Below, one piece after another: positions 14,009 through 29,044 of a DNA stretch of 64,000 bases; position 1 is the stretch's first letter, and each line of letters starts with the position of its first letter. The translations under genes were made by a program, and so were the position numbers. The stretch comes from Chrysomallon squamiferum. Taxonomy: Eukaryota > Animalia > Mollusca. The notes beneath the pieces are model-generated. The model was not told where the DNA came from. It searched no databases and saw only the letters and a program-made list of their open reading frames with translations. The stretch is from the NCBI GenBank assembly GCA_012295275.1, contig CM022672.1, positions 27,838,001 through 27,902,000 of the forward strand, given 5' to 3'.

Positions 14009-15575
14009 TCGGTGTTTGTATTGTTATTTCAAAAATGTTAAAAGTTTATATTAAAATGGCATCTTAAAGCCATGTAAGTCTTATTTGATATATCAGTATT
14101 TATAAGATTTTGGCAATTTTTTTTTTAATTATTATTATAAATATATAAAACATCATGTACTTGTATATGCATGCAGGCATACACATATGAATGTACTTAA
14201 GATACTTATGCAGAGATTTACAAATAATTCTATTAATAGATTTTACATCTTGAAATGAAAAAAAAAGTGTTTAATTTTTTACTTATGTAATGACACTTAT
14301 TTATAATTTGATTATTATTTTTCTTCAGTGCTATAAATTAATTCAAGATAATTTTGTAATATAATTTTTTCATATTTCAAAATTTTTCTTTAAACTCATT
14401 CTGTAATTAAATTAATTTTATACTAATTTTTATAGAATGGTGAACTGTATACCAGTAAATATTGTAATAATTAAAAATAAATTAAAAAATAATAATAATA
14501 ATTTTATTTTACCTCTGGCTGTTTTATTCATTTATGTAAATTAGAATTTAATCAAGTAACTGCAGCATCATGAAATATCTCCTAAAATCAACAAGTATTA
14601 AATATATTTAATAAAATGAACTTTCCGAAACAGCATATAGAGGGAATATAGAGAAAGTCATGTGAAAGTTTCTATTTTATCATTTTCATAATATATAAAT
14701 AATTATGATAAAAGGAAATCATTCCTTTTTACTTTTCTGTTTTTGTCTTCTAAGATATTAGCCAATAAATTGTTATCTGTATTTTTATTTTTATTTACAA
14801 TGTGGCTGTCAAACTGACAATGCAGTTGTCCTTAAGAGGGCAAATTAATGGTATTTTCTTGCAATGTATAATTATATAAAGAAAAATATTTTAATATTTT
14901 TTTACTGAATCTTATCATAAATATAATTGGACAGTAATAAAACATTTATAACTCAATTAAATCTTATTTCAGTATTTTTAAATATTTAAACCAGATCAGT
15001 GAACATTTTATGATGATTTACATAGAAATGCACTTCACTGATGCTGTTAATGTAAGTATACTGATGTAAATTTTATTTATGTAAAAGTTCATTGGTTTCA
15101 TTTAGAAACAGTCCATTTTACTACAGTTAGCAGATCATTTATGTGGCAAACTTTGACCAGAGCTGATTTCGGGATTTTTTATACCACAAGATTTAATATA
15201 TACTTAGAATATAAATGTAAATAATAAAAAGAAAAGAATGAAATTATATTTAATGCAAATTAATACACTTCTAAAGTTTGATAAATAGTCTGGTAACTGT
15301 AGTAAGATTTATTTGAAAATACACTTCACTAATATGATATAAGTTAAGTTTATGCACATAACAAGTTAACAAAATTACAGAAACACTGGATCTTACCATA
15401 AATGAATTGTAATCTTTTCACATAACTTATGTAAAGCGAAACAAAAATAAAAACAGCTTCAATTAAATCTTGCAGAATAATTTTTTTACAGCACTTTTTA
15501 AACTTTATTTGTGTTGGTAATTCCATAACCATTTATTGTCAAAATATACATTTTGAATTTTAATTGTGTATGTTC

Positions 15576-18500
15576 TTAACCATTGTACCAGTCTAGGAAC
15601 AGCAGTGAAAAAGTACACATAACTATGAAGAATAAAATCCACACTCTAAATTCAGCTTTCTTCTTTATTGCCTGAAATAATAGTAATAATAATAACAGTA
15701 ATAGTAGTAGTAACAACAGGATTTTAATAATAATAACAACATTTATTATGAGGATATTGATCTTGTTAGTAACATACATACATGAAAATACAGTTTTATT
15801 ATTTTTCTTAAGCAGTTATTTTAGAAGTATTAGAGAAAAAAACCTTAACATCATCACCCATTTTTATTCTTAATCATTAACCTTGCATATGGCTTTTTAT
15901 CAATTTTAAAACTGAAAATAAATTACAAGGTTTTTTAAAAAAATAAAAAAAATAAAAATCGTATAGTTGGCTACAAGTACCACCACAGAGTTTTTTCTCT
16001 TTTTTTTACTATACGTTATTGTTGGCAAAGGCTGTGTTCCTAAAAAACATTTAAGCTGCATGCAAATAATTAAAATGTATTTAGTCCTTTCAATTCATAT
16101 CACGAAGAATGACAAACATACAAAAATGAAATTTGGAATACCTCTCGAATATCTTCATTTGCATCTTTTATGTTTTCTGTTGTACCAACAGTTGTACCAG
16201 CTATCCTGTCTATATCTTTTTCCTGTACAACAGAAAATTAAAAAAAAATAATTAAAAAGTGTGGATTAATTTATTACACAATTTATTTAATTTTAGGTAA
16301 ATAGTATATCTCTCTTTATTTTCGATATTTGAAAAATGTAAAACACCAAAAACAAATAATTTTTTAATACTGACTTCGGTTTATGGCATTAATATAGGAA
16401 ACTAAGACATATTACATGTACTGAATCTCTAAGCTGTAATGTACTGCAAAAATGCTCTTTTCCTTCAGGCTTTAAACAATTCTGTAAATATGACCTTTGA
16501 CATCTGGTCTCTTAAATACTGCTGATGCTGAAGTGAAATACTTAAAAATAATTATGTTACCTGCTCCAAAACCTTTTCCGCAAATATCTCCTGAAGTTTA
16601 GCAACTTCAATAACCTTTCCTTCAATTTGCCTTTAAAATATATAAACACAAAAAAGAGGTAATGAATTAAAATTAAAAGACAGTTGTATCCATTTGTGCT
16701 GGTTAAATGCATTAATGAGAAAGAAATGCAGATAAAAATGAAATGAAGAGAAGAAAGTACAGATATAAAAAAAAATATTTTGAGATCTTGATTAGAAAAT
16801 AAAATAGCCAAATTGGTGTACCTAGGAGACAATGAGATACAGATGTTCTTTTATTAAAGATCTTATTTTTACTAAAGCTTACCTAACTTCATCAGACATA
16901 CTGTTCATTTCTTCATAAAGTGACTGGTTTTCTTGTTCAAACTGAAAAACAGCAATGAAAACAATGATACGGGATTTGTTCAACCTCTTTACAACATATT
17001 GTGTAGCTTGTTTCTAGAGCAGCTGTGTGCCTATATAATAACAGTGAGGAAAGCTACTGCTGAAGACATACTAGTCAAATTAGCAAGATCTTTCCGAAGA
17101 CAGGAATCTCATATTGATGTTACATTGTCACACCATTACATAGCATCAACTTGTGAAGAAAATATTTGACACACATTCAACAATATTTATTCTCTAGTTA
17201 TATGAATCATGAATATGGTTACGGATCACATTTATGACATCATTCATTTGAATAATGACCACAGAGTGGAAAGAACATATCACAGTGTTGAGATGGGAAA
17301 TGTTTCAAAGAGTTGATTCTGGAGGATCAGGCCATCAATTACTTTGCACAGAACAAGGGGTATGGCACACTTGACATAACTATATAACATACTAGGACTC
17401 TACTAATAAGATTGCTTCATGAATGTAAAACAAAAACGCAGAATATTCTATTTAACAGAATCTATAATGAAATACATAGAAATAGAATATTTTCACAATT
17501 GTACTTACTTCCTCTTAGAGCTACACAAAATCTCTTTTAATAGGCAATGATTTTCTTTTTCTCTCCTCTTTTTTATTAATACTTCAGTGACCAACAGACA
17601 ACATATGAAGAAATTAAGAAGATAGTGAAAAACAAGACTAATAAGTTTGAAAACTAAACAGTAATATGAAAAAAAGAAAGAAAGAAAAATATTTACCATT
17701 TGGGCCTCTTCTGGTGAAATGTCTTCTTCTTCTAAAGAGTTTATTTTTAATTCAAGATCTTGTGGGGGGTTAGCAGGCTTCTTTTCTGGAACTGTTTTAA
17801 AAAAAAAAAAAAAAAAAAGAATAATAATACTTAAAAACAGTTTTAAAAACTATGCATATCTATCAATCTGTTCATCCACACAGCTATACAAGTGAATGTG
17901 TATGATTGCCTGTATATATTTTTGTATATAAAAATGTACATTATATGTGTGTATGTTAAGATAATTTACAACTATAAATAAAACTAAGAAATAAATGAGG
18001 GTTTTTTAATGTCATTCTTATGATAAAAGTTTTTTCATGATAAGATAAAATTAGATAACTCTGAACCCCATGCTTCCTGCTCTTCCCAGGCAAAATAGCA
18101 CAAACTGCTGAATATCAAAAGAGCATGGCATTATTAATATAAAACAACACATGATGGTAAAAATATTAACTTGGGTTCAAATAATAATTAATAATTAATT
18201 TAACAGAACCTGGTGCTTTTATTCCATGTTCTTGGTTTTTATCATTGCGTTCCATCTGTAGTAAGTTTGATACATGGGTTTTTCTCTTTTCTGGCTGTAA
18301 GCGAGATCTGCAAATAAAATGAATGAATAACTGAAGAAATTAATGAATGCAACAATGAACAGATATTTGTTGACTTAGTTACTAAGTATTTTTTAATTCT
18401 AAATAAATAAATAAAAATGAAAGTCTCAGTCTGAAACAAAAAGGTTTACGTATCCATGATATTAAAGAAATGATATACAACTGGGATTTGTTTTTCTGAA

Positions 18501-21500
18501 TTCTTAAGTTTGTTCTACATCCTTCTGCAATATTCTATATCAACTATTAATAACTGTCGTATATAAGTATAATTTTTGAAAGATCTGAGAGAATTCCACT
18601 AACATTATTTTATCTGCACCTTCAAACAAATTAAAAAAATCAACAACCAAAAACCTCAAGAGCTATGGTAAATCAAAGATCACAAATTGGAACTGGAAAG
18701 AGCCCACTTGGCACACAAATGAGGTCTGATCCTGTATGATACATCATGCCTCCAGCCACTCCTCCATACAGAAACATATGAAATATTAGAAGATTCAATA
18801 CTTCATTTCAAGAAACATGCAATCAACATGGCAAGGCAGGATCGCACAGAAGTTCTACAATATGTACCACACTGAATCAGAAGGAGTCAATAAAGGCTAT
18901 AACTCCAGACAAAGGCGTTATAATAATTTGTAAGCTGCAGACCTCTGTCCATGAAAAGATGAAGAAACCCTAACCCTGTACACTTTACAAAACCAATTTA
19001 TTTCTTTACATTCTCTTTTATTTTGTTTATTATACATACATTTTTCTTATTTAAAAACACATTACAAAACATTGGGGTTGTTTTTGGGGTGCTGGAACAG
19101 ATTAAATGTATTTCAATTAATTTCATTTGGGAAAATTGATTTGATAATTGAGTTACATGCTCAGTGACAGAACAAATTAAACTTGTAAGACAAGGTACCA
19201 TTGTCTATATATTCAGAAATGTATATATATATAATGGCTTTGAATATTCTACATGGTGGCAATTGGGAAACAGTTATCATCCTACAATAATAGTTTTCAT
19301 TGGTGAATATCTGTTTATTCTTAATAGGTGTTTTATGAGTGAAATAAAGAATGATTGGTGTATTATGAGTGAATTAAAAATGAACAGGTATATTATGAGA
19401 GATAAAAAATTCTGTTATGAACGAGATAAAAAAAATGAATAGGTGTACAAGTAAGATAAAAATGAATAGCTGTAGTGAGATAATAATAAATAGGTATATT
19501 ATGAGTGAGATAAAAATGAACAGATATATTATGAGTGAGATAAAGAAAAATGTGTGTATTATGAGTGAGATAAAAATGAGCAGGTGTATGAGTGAAATAA
19601 AGAAAAATTGGTGTTATGAGTGAGATAAAAATGCTTACATTCTTTTTCTGTCAACAACTCTCTTTACTCGCACAGCTCTCTGTTCACTGTAAAGTTTACA
19701 AACAACTGAAAAACAACAGCAAAAAAAAATAAAAAATAATATTTTTAACAAAAATCTGTGTAATACTTGATTAAACTGGAGCAGTTATATATTATTTCTG
19801 AAATAAATAAACCCAAAATGACATTGCAAAGTTAAAAACCAATCTGAGAAGAAACCCATTAGATTTACACAAGGATATGTAATGATTTAATATAACTACT
19901 GATGTTTTTTTCTAAATATTTAATTAAAGTTTATTTATGAAGTACAGTGATAACAAGCATATTAGTATTTTATTTCACCCTACTGTATTCAGTTTAGGGA
20001 TTGATACATACATGTATATATAATTCTTTTCTTCTTTTTTCTTTTTTAAATATGACAGAAGTGATTCCCCCCACCCCCTTTGTAATGAAAAATCTTTAAT
20101 GTTGAAAAGTAAATCCGTATCAGTGATGGTTCTCCCATTTGCACTGCAGTCAGAGAAACAGGAAAACTTTTGTCCCTCACTAAAATTAAATTATTCTATC
20201 TGGTTATCAAGATGCCTAAAGACAGATAATATTAATGTATCAGACCAATATTTATTACCTTTAAACAGTATTTTATATAAATAACAACAAAACAAAACCC
20301 TGTGATATCCCTGTTAAGAATCAACAGATACAAATTGAAAAATGAATAGGATAAGATAAAACGTTTTGAATGGCAGACCTTTCAACTTTGAAATGTAAAT
20401 AAGTTACTGAAAATATCTCAAAGATAGTCTACTACTAAAAACACTAAAGAAAAATTGAAGACATTCTATTCTCTCAGCTCTGTTGATTGCTACAAACAAT
20501 TTCATTAACTTTAATAGGGATATTTTAATTATATAAATATTTCAGAACATTTTACCTTTAAGGTAAGTTTCTATCAACGCCATAACAACTTCACGATGTT
20601 CCCTCACTTGTGGATGTACACGTGAAGCATTGGCCTCTCTGCGGAAATTTGTGATTGTCTCTCTACACATCTTGATAATCTGTTCAGCTTCTGTGTCAAT
20701 CTGATCTCTCTGAGCATCCGACATTGTCAGTGTCTCTAATACTAAGTGACTGAAAAAATAACAATCAACCTGTCAGTTATTTATAACATTATCATGTTTA
20801 CAGTAAAAAGAATAGAAGAAATGAATGAACTGACGAGCACACAAACAAATGAATGAACAATAATTACCATAATTTCATATCCTTTTCTTGACAGTATTAA
20901 GTGTTTTCATAAAACAAAAATAAAACACATGTAAAGTATTTTTACAGCAAGACTGATACACGTTTTCTTAATAAGGTGATATAGTAATTACTGAAAATCT
21001 CTTTATGGTTATCTCTTTATACAGAAAATGTATATAATTAAACTGAATAACATTCCTAACAAACACACCACCAATCCATCCCTGGATGGAGAGAAATTTG
21101 ATCATTACTGCCTTTTCTTTAGCATAAGAAAAATGTTCAATAATTTTCGGTAAAACTTTCAAATTAGAAATGGCCTTGAAAACCCAGATGGATTGGCAGA
21201 TGTAGTTTGTTTTTGAAAACATTGAAAGACAAATACTTTGCCAGCAAAACAAGCTGAAAATAAATTATGTCTGACATGCTTTCTGTTTAATAGTCAGTGA
21301 ATTAGCTAATGTACATAATTCAAATACAAATTTGCCAAGATGTTTCTCTTTTTAGTATTTTAGGTAATTATTATAGAATGAAAATTAAAATCTTTAATAA
21401 AAGATTTCATAATATTTCTTGATGAATAGTAATTACAAATTATTATTTTAGTCAATATGTTTTTGTTATGGATATAATTGCTGCAGTTGTTGGTGGTGGT

Positions 21501-23041
21501 GGTAGGGATTTGGGGGCAATGCAGAAAGTATACTAAAAAAACAAAAACCCAGAAAGTTCAAATGTTTTTATCCTCAAATTTTAATAACAGCTAACAATTT
21601 TTAAGTCAAATATCTTTAAATTTAGCAGCATACATAAATCACACATAGTCATACATACACACACACAGATATTTGTATATCTGTTGGTGAAATTTAAAGA
21701 AATTGATGAACACAAAAATACACTCACACACATATACTGGAGATTGAAAAATTATTTTTTCTTTTCTTTTCTTCAGGTCTTCTTCACCCAGTGTTTATAT
21801 ATAGAAACAACAAATTCTGTGACTTCGCCAAAAGACTGGAAGCTATCTGTCTTGATATTTTTAAAATTACCAAATTGTACAGGTTTGTTTGAGGACAAAG
21901 GATGTGCTTTCTTTACACTCTTTGTAACCATTATACAAGTCAAGTTTTCAACTTTCCTTTATTTTTAATGGACAAGATTTTGACCTTTGATGACTGACTT
22001 CCCTGTATCTTTAGTGACTATTATGACTGTAACAGTTTTGACTTCCCTGAATATTTAGTGACTGTTATAAAGAGTCAAAAAAATTTGACCTCACTGTATC
22101 TTTAGTGACAATCATAATAACAAAATTTTAACCACTACATCTTTAATAACTTTTATAATTTCTGTTTATTTATTTATTAATCAATCAATCAATCAATTTA
22201 TTGTTGAATTATCAAAAATCAATTCAAGGGAAATCAAATGTTTCTGAGAATCCATAATTATGTCATAACTGTTAATCATTAAAACGTCATAATTTACTTA
22301 TCCTAATCTTTGAACATTGTAAAATGCCTAGCTAGAACATAAAACAATTAAAATATTAGAGATTGGTGTACCAATTTACCAGTAAGTTAAATAGCTTAGA
22401 AATTTTCTGAAGAAATATTTTATTATTGAATGTCTCTATTTTAAGTATTTACCTTCCAGCATTGATATATTCTTTACGATTTTCAAGAAGAAAATCCCTT
22501 AATTTTGTCACAGTTGTTACCTAAAAAGATAAAACAAATACTGATCCTAATTATGGATAAATAATAATAATTAATATATAATATATAATTCAATAACTAA
22601 ACTTAATTAATTTAAAAAAAATAATAATCCCACACACACACACACAAATATCTGAGGGGTTTTCACGTTTTTGGGTGGGTTTTTTGTTGGTTTTTTAATT
22701 ACATTTTTAATTATTTATTTTCAGGGTGTGATAAACTGGAGTTTTTTTCCACTACATTATTACTTTATCTTTTTATTATTATTACAATTTAAAATTTTAT
22801 TTTATATATTTACTTATTTATTTAAGGACTAGCTTCAAATAAAATAAATTTATTCATCAAATCGACAAATGATTAAAGCTGGTAAGCTCTTTTATACCAC
22901 ATCTTTTGCCTTAGTTTCGAAATCACCCTTCTGTCTAGCAGTAGTGAGCATATTAGATTTGTCATTGTTTGTTTCACCCAAAGCTTTATTTCTCGATTTT
23001 ACAGCTTTCACTGTCGCTTTGAATACGTTTGTAACATCCAT
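15576..23041 (-). CDS. STX18: Syntaxin-18 (ER Qa-SNARE), 10 exons, 323 aa
   Basis: Exons 23041-22898, 22520-22453, 20749-20556, 19705-19639, 18307-18210, 17791-17697, 16941-16883, 16630-16561, 16222-16142, 15671-15576. Peptides [84 protein letters not shown], and C-terminal anchor [22 protein letters not shown]. Confidence 0.96.
19325..19632. repeat. Degenerate ~30-bp minisatellite in STX18 intron 4
   Basis: Roughly 10 copies of tattatgagtga(g/a)ataaaaatgaa(c/t)agg-like units, ending a few bases from the exon 4 donor (19638). Confidence 0.85.
21975..22145. repeat. Degenerate ~45-bp tandem repeat in STX18 intron 2
   Basis: Recurrent tgacttccctgtatctttagtgact-like core, 3-4 copies. Confidence 0.6.
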
Positions 23042-23214
23042 GTCTTCATATAATAAAATAGAACTGGATTCAGGAAGTGAAGACAGTAGCGAGTAACAAC
23101 AAAGCACCTAAACAATTACGCTTCTATTTATAAACACAGTAGGATTAGTATATGACCGAGCAAAGCTTGCATGATAGTCTACTTGTGTTTAGATACAATA
23201 GGAGTAATGTCAAA
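23042..23214. promoter_or_regulatory. Bidirectional promoter shared by STX18 and TM2D2
   Basis: Only 173 bp between divergent ATGs (23041 and 23215); local reappearance of CpG. Confidence 0.75.
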
Positions 23215-25537
23215 ATGAAATGTTTTTGTTCTTTGAAACTACTTTGTTTATGCCTTTTGTATACAGTTTTATATAATTGTTTCACCATCGTCAGTTGTGG
23301 CAATGGCGCTCCACCATTGGATGGTGATTATTTAATGGATGAAACAAATGGATTTCAGTATGTTCCTCATGCAGCCCTAGTAAATTGTTCTTATCTGTAA
23401 GTGTAAGTTAAGTCCTACCTAGCTGAGCAGCTGTTTCTGCACTTGCTGTTAGTGTTACTAGTCTGTGTAACATAATTCATAAATAGTGAATCACGAAATG
23501 TAATGATCATCGTTATGTCAGTGTTTGGATATACTACAGATTATTAGTATAAATGTGACATTAAAATTATATCAAAATAATTTCTTATTCAATAAATTAT
23601 TATTTCATTACTTTATAATTATTTTGTCTTATCAGTTGAACAGTGTTCTGGGTACAGGGTAATTGGACAAAATGTTTGACAGTTCATTAAAAAATTATAT
23701 CTCTGGCATTTGTTTCTATGGAGAAGCATATTATTTTTGCGTTATATTACATTGACAATAGGAAACAAAAGTTGTATTCAGCTTCAAGAACTGGTTTCAG
23801 TAATTTAATTTTAATTCATAAAAATACATGATTAATTATATTTTCTTTTAGACCATTAGAGTTTCTTAACTGCAGTGAACCTGAGGATTTGAAAGGAAAT
23901 GTAACTGAACGAAGAATACTTGGTTATGGCTGTACAGAAGTGAGCTTTATTTTAAGTAATATATAGAGATACATCAAGTCATTTTTTTGTTTAGATATTA
24001 GGATTATATTTTGGTTCCAGCTGCCATAAATATCATCTCCTGATCATCGGAATAGCCCTAAAGTAATATTACATTTAACAGCTTCTTTTACACTTGAAGA
24101 GTTGCAGGCTCAGTTCTCATCAGTTTACTCACAGGGCTTTCTCCCAGTCCCGCCTGTGCCTTACAACCAAATTATCAAAAAGGATATATTATCATTATGT
24201 TTTATTCTGTCTGTGAGAAGGTACATATGTAAAAGATATCTAGCTGTTAAGCACTAAGAATAACCAGTGGCGATATATTAATGAATCATTTCTAATATCA
24301 TCAGTATTGAAGAAATAAATAAGTGACACATAGCCACTAAGCAAATTTGTTGATAAGACGCTAAATAAATAAATATTCTCTTTGTAATAGTGGGGTAACG
24401 AGCGATATGAAGAGGTGCAGAAAACCAGTGTATGGTGTACAGTTCTTCCAGGAATAGAGTGCTATGGCAACAGAACATTCCTTAAAGATGGCTTCCCTTG
24501 TATTAGGTAACTATCTGATATGTAATTTTGGTTGTGTGTGATAATGGCCTAAATACATTTACAACTTCCATGTTACTGGTTTGTTTCTGACTAAGCTTTT
24601 CTAGTTATGAACCTCTTTTGATGATAATAAAGTAAGAAAGTCCCATAAGTTTAGAAGACATCATTTTTAATTTTATACTAACAAAATATTTTTTTAAAAG
24701 TGATTGTTTATAAATTAAATTCTGAAAATATCCTTTCTCTGCTGTGGTTTGTTTCACCTGTCTGCATCTCAGGAAAAGGGGGAAATGACAGCTTCAGTGA
24801 ATATCTTCATTTTGTTGCTATTTTATTATCATTGTCATGATTGTGAAAGTTTATTCATATTCTTACTCTAAGTTTTTTATCAGTTTTGTCCATTTGATTT
24901 CTTCAATATAAAGAAACCAGTCTGGTCTGAAAAACAACATTTAGATATTATTATTAATAAATTTTAGTTTCATTTTATTACACAATAAATAAATAAAATC
25001 TAATTTTAACTTTATTCCAGGTACAATGGTCATTACTTTGTCACTACACTAATGTATTCTGTTCTGTTGGGATTTCTAGGAATGGATCGTTTTTGTTTGG
25101 GTCATACAGGCAAGTTATTTTTTTTAATACAAATTCAGTAGTCATATACTCTCTTATACTGTAATTGAAACATGACTGGAACCAATTTACAGTTAATATA
25201 AAAAATACTGAGATGTATTAAGCATTCTTTCATTTTTATAAGTTACGGGTAAAATTAACCAAATGAATTTTTGAATTAATATTTTCCCAATGATTACTAT
25301 TAAATTTCAGTTAAATTTATAATTATAGTACAACTATTTTTATTTTATAAGATTAAATATTTATTATGTCTTTGTAATATGTAAATAATACAGTAAACTT
25401 TGTTCTGTTCAGGTACAGCTGTGGGAAAACTCCTGACAATTGGAGGAGTAGGCATTTGGTGGATTATAGATGTCATCCTGTTGGTTACTGGCATGTTGAA
25501 ACCTGCCGATGACAGCAATTGGGTTCCATATTTCTGA
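23215..25537 (+). CDS. TM2D2: TM2 domain-containing protein 2, 5 exons, 199 aa
   Basis: Exons 23215-23396, 23852-23939, 24391-24506, 25021-25109, 25413-25537; intron 4 is GC-AG. Signal peptide, [91 protein letters not shown]. Confidence 0.95.
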
Positions 25538-28402
25538 ATAAAACAAAATCTGAAATAAATCTGGTTATCCAGATACAAAGCTATTTTGATCAAAATTCAG
25601 AGACATCCATGTTGAAAGGTAACCAACTGCAATTAGAAGTATTTTCTACATCAGATGACATCACTATTGCCTTGTGGTAAAATTTTGAGGAAGTGGAGGA
25701 TTCAGAAAGTCAAAAAAGGGGAAGCACTATCACTGTGATAACTTCTATGATGAAAAATATTTCATTGATGATATAAAAAAAATATTGGACAAAAATGGAT
25801 AGGAATTGCTTTCCAGGAGTGATCCTAACATCTGCTTTTAATATGTCTTTTTAATTCTAAAGTACATGTATGAAATGGTGAATTACGAACTATTATATTT
25901 ATACTATTATTGAAGAGAAAATTTGTGAATTTTTAAAGTATGGAAAATTTATCCCTGTTCAGAAATGGAAATTTGTTTTATGTTGTCCATTTTTATCAGG
26001 TTTTCTGTGAATGGTTAAAGTGATAAAAAAAATATATATCTCAAGTTATCACCGACTGTAAACTCTACACTGAAAAGTTGAAACAATTTTGATAGTCTGT
26101 TGGAAGAACATTTTTACATTTACATCTAAACTAGAAACAGAATTTTGATTCTGTATAATGGGTATGGATACAATATACAGATAAAAATTATTTTGTTAAC
26201 AGGAATATGAACAATCTGTTCGAGAGAAATGAAAAAGAAACAAATTAATAAAAGGATGTAAAACAATTATTTACGCAGCTTCAAAGGATGGACTTAAAAG
26301 ATAAAATACTCAGCCGGGTGACATGAAATCAAGTATCAGTTCAGAAATCTTTTTTTGCTAAAGCACCCAGGTTTTTGCTGGTTTTTTAGGGTGATGTTAC
26401 TGAAAGAATGCGTCAGTGCAATCTTACAGAACTCCTACTCTGCAAGAGTTGATCATGTTCATCTGATCTCATTTACAGACATTTTATTTACTGTGATACT
26501 GTATTTAAATTCAAACTGAATTAAATGTTTTCAAAATAAGTATTTTGCTTGTTTAATAATTGTTCTTCATCTACATTTAGATTAATCTAAGGTCATTTAA
26601 TTAAATTATTATATTATTTAACAATAAAGCATCTTTACCAGTTTTAGTTTACTCTGAACTGTTTACCTTCTTCACATGTTGTACATAGTGAATTTTTAAT
26701 ATTTCATATTCTGATTTTACCTCTGAATTATCAACAAAGAACAGAAGACAATTTAGCAGTTTTTTTTAATTTATTATCTTTATTCATTTCTTCTGTACCA
26801 CCACCATATAATTTTTTTTATTTTTTTATATAAATCTTAATATATTATATTTCAGGCAACATTTTAAAATTGGGTATACATGTATATAAAAATACCATTA
26901 TAAATACATTATCAAATATAAATTATGTAAAAATAAAGTATATTGAGCTTTTTGTATAACAAACTTACGACAATGCATAGCCAAATGTAATGGAGCATAA
27001 ATCACTAGCATACTAGTATCCGTTTCGTTTTTTCTAGCATAAAGTATTTTTAACTTACAGACAATATAAGAAAATGCACATCAAATAGTTAAAAGAACAA
27101 AAGTTACTTTATTTTTATTATTTTATGTCACAGCACCTGTCAATCTGGCCAAGTTGATTATTAAACATAAGACAAAGATTTACAGTTCTGTCCTGATCAG
27201 AAACTTAGGTTTAAAAAAAGAAAAAAAGAAAGTTAAATAAATGATAAAGTCATATTTGTTCTAACTTTAAATTATAGTTGTTGCCTTACAAAGAAAATGT
27301 CACTTGTCACATATTAATTTGGGGGAGAGTTTTTAACTTGTGTGTGCATCTCAATCAGTTCCAGCCAACCAATAAAAAATTTAAGTATTTTGAAATATAA
27401 AAAATAATACAGTGCCCTTCTTTTAAAAGCAAATATATCAAAATATGCTATTACAAAAAAGAAGAGAAACGTATAAGGCAAAATCTAGTGGAATTCTGTG
27501 AAGAATTGGTTCTGTAATACTTAAGGTGCCTTTAATAAGTAATGTTTGTTTGTGCTAAGGTACTAATGGTAATAAAAGAAGAAACAGATAAGCATTACAT
27601 TTAATGTAATAAAATATAATTGGTTATGATGTAAATAGATGCAAATTTAAAAAAAAAACAAAAAAAAAACAACTGTAAAATTCCTCAATATATTGGAATA
27701 TAAAATTTCAAAGCACTTGGTAAATGTTTTACAATATTAAATCATTCAAAACAGTTGACCATTTTTTAGAAATACAAAGTGCAAGTGGATATATTTTAAT
27801 ATAGCTGTGACTGCAAATTGTTTTGTGTGGAGATTAAGATGTTGGGATTTGTGTAATTTCATTTGATACATACATACCCATTATGCATAAAGTGATATGC
27901 ATTTGCTAGAAAAATGTGTATGTTTGCCTCTATCTGTTGTATGTTCATGCACTTAAGATGGGTTAAACATCATTTAACAAGTGTCTGAATAAAATGATAG
28001 ATAATTATAAAAAAATATTCTGGTTACTCTGATAAATGTTAACATTGATCAAATTCAGAACCACAAAAATTAAAATAATAAATAAACTACTACAGGATTT
28101 CTACAAACATAACTGTTCTTATCTTCAGTGATTACATATACTGTAAAATGATTGACAATTTGCAAATAATATAACAATTGAAAAAAGTATAAATAATTTG
28201 TTCCTCAACCTAATTATGTAACATATTTAACAGACCTGCTGATAAAATATTTTATTATACCAAATCAAGCTCAGTTTTTGTTCAAATATATAACAAAGTG
28301 TTACATATTAAGTTCATTTTCTGTGAACATTTTTTTCACAGAAGTCCATTTCTCTTGAACAGAAAAACAGCTAGTTTAGTTTTTCAGTTTTAACAATGTA
28401 TT

Positions 28403-28997
28403 TTAGCATGGCACTGATGGCTTTTCTCCAACACCACCTGCAAGTTCATAAACTGTAACAGCAACCTCTCCAGCCAGTCGGTCAGCTGAATCCTTTGAAA
28501 AAACAGAGCATTTTACATGTAACATATTTTGTTAAGCCTCACATTACTGAAAATGTATGTAAATGTTTAGGTGTCTGCAGGGGTGTTACAAGATGAAGGA
28601 ATTTATAAAATGTTTATGCATCCCTCAGACCCGTATTAACACAATATATAATTAAGCAAATGTGATCAATTTTTGGTATAGAATTAGTTTAACAGTGTAA
28701 CATCAACAGAGTAAATTTGTATAATTCTTAGTTGTTATATGCATTAACGTTACTATTTAACGCATCTTCACTCATAGACAATGTAACTGCTGTACCCATC
28801 TTTACCCACAAGGCAGATGTGGTCCATCTTACCTGAGTGTCAGCTTCAGCATAAACTCTAACTATGTCCTCTGTCCCAGAAGGTCTGCATAACAATAAGA
28901 AAAAAAATACATTTTGGGAATTGTGTAAATTTCATTATGAATTAAATGCTAACAAATAGTAATAATTTGAAAAATAATTAATTTCTGCAAAAATGAA

Positions 28998-29044
<47 letters not shown>

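Noticed and set aside
16960-17420. Higher-complexity intronic block in STX18, possible transposon relic (similar block at 18600-18990)
   Set aside because: No recognisable transposase or RT motif, terminal repeats or target-site duplication.
19164-19623. ORFs with repeated IMSEIKMNR peptide
   Set aside because: Product of the intronic minisatellite, antisense to STX18, with frame breaks.
23152-23214. Upstream in-frame ATG as TM2D2 start
   Set aside because: Lies 110 bp from the STX18 ATG and precedes the signal peptide; ATG 23215 has the better context (AAAATG).
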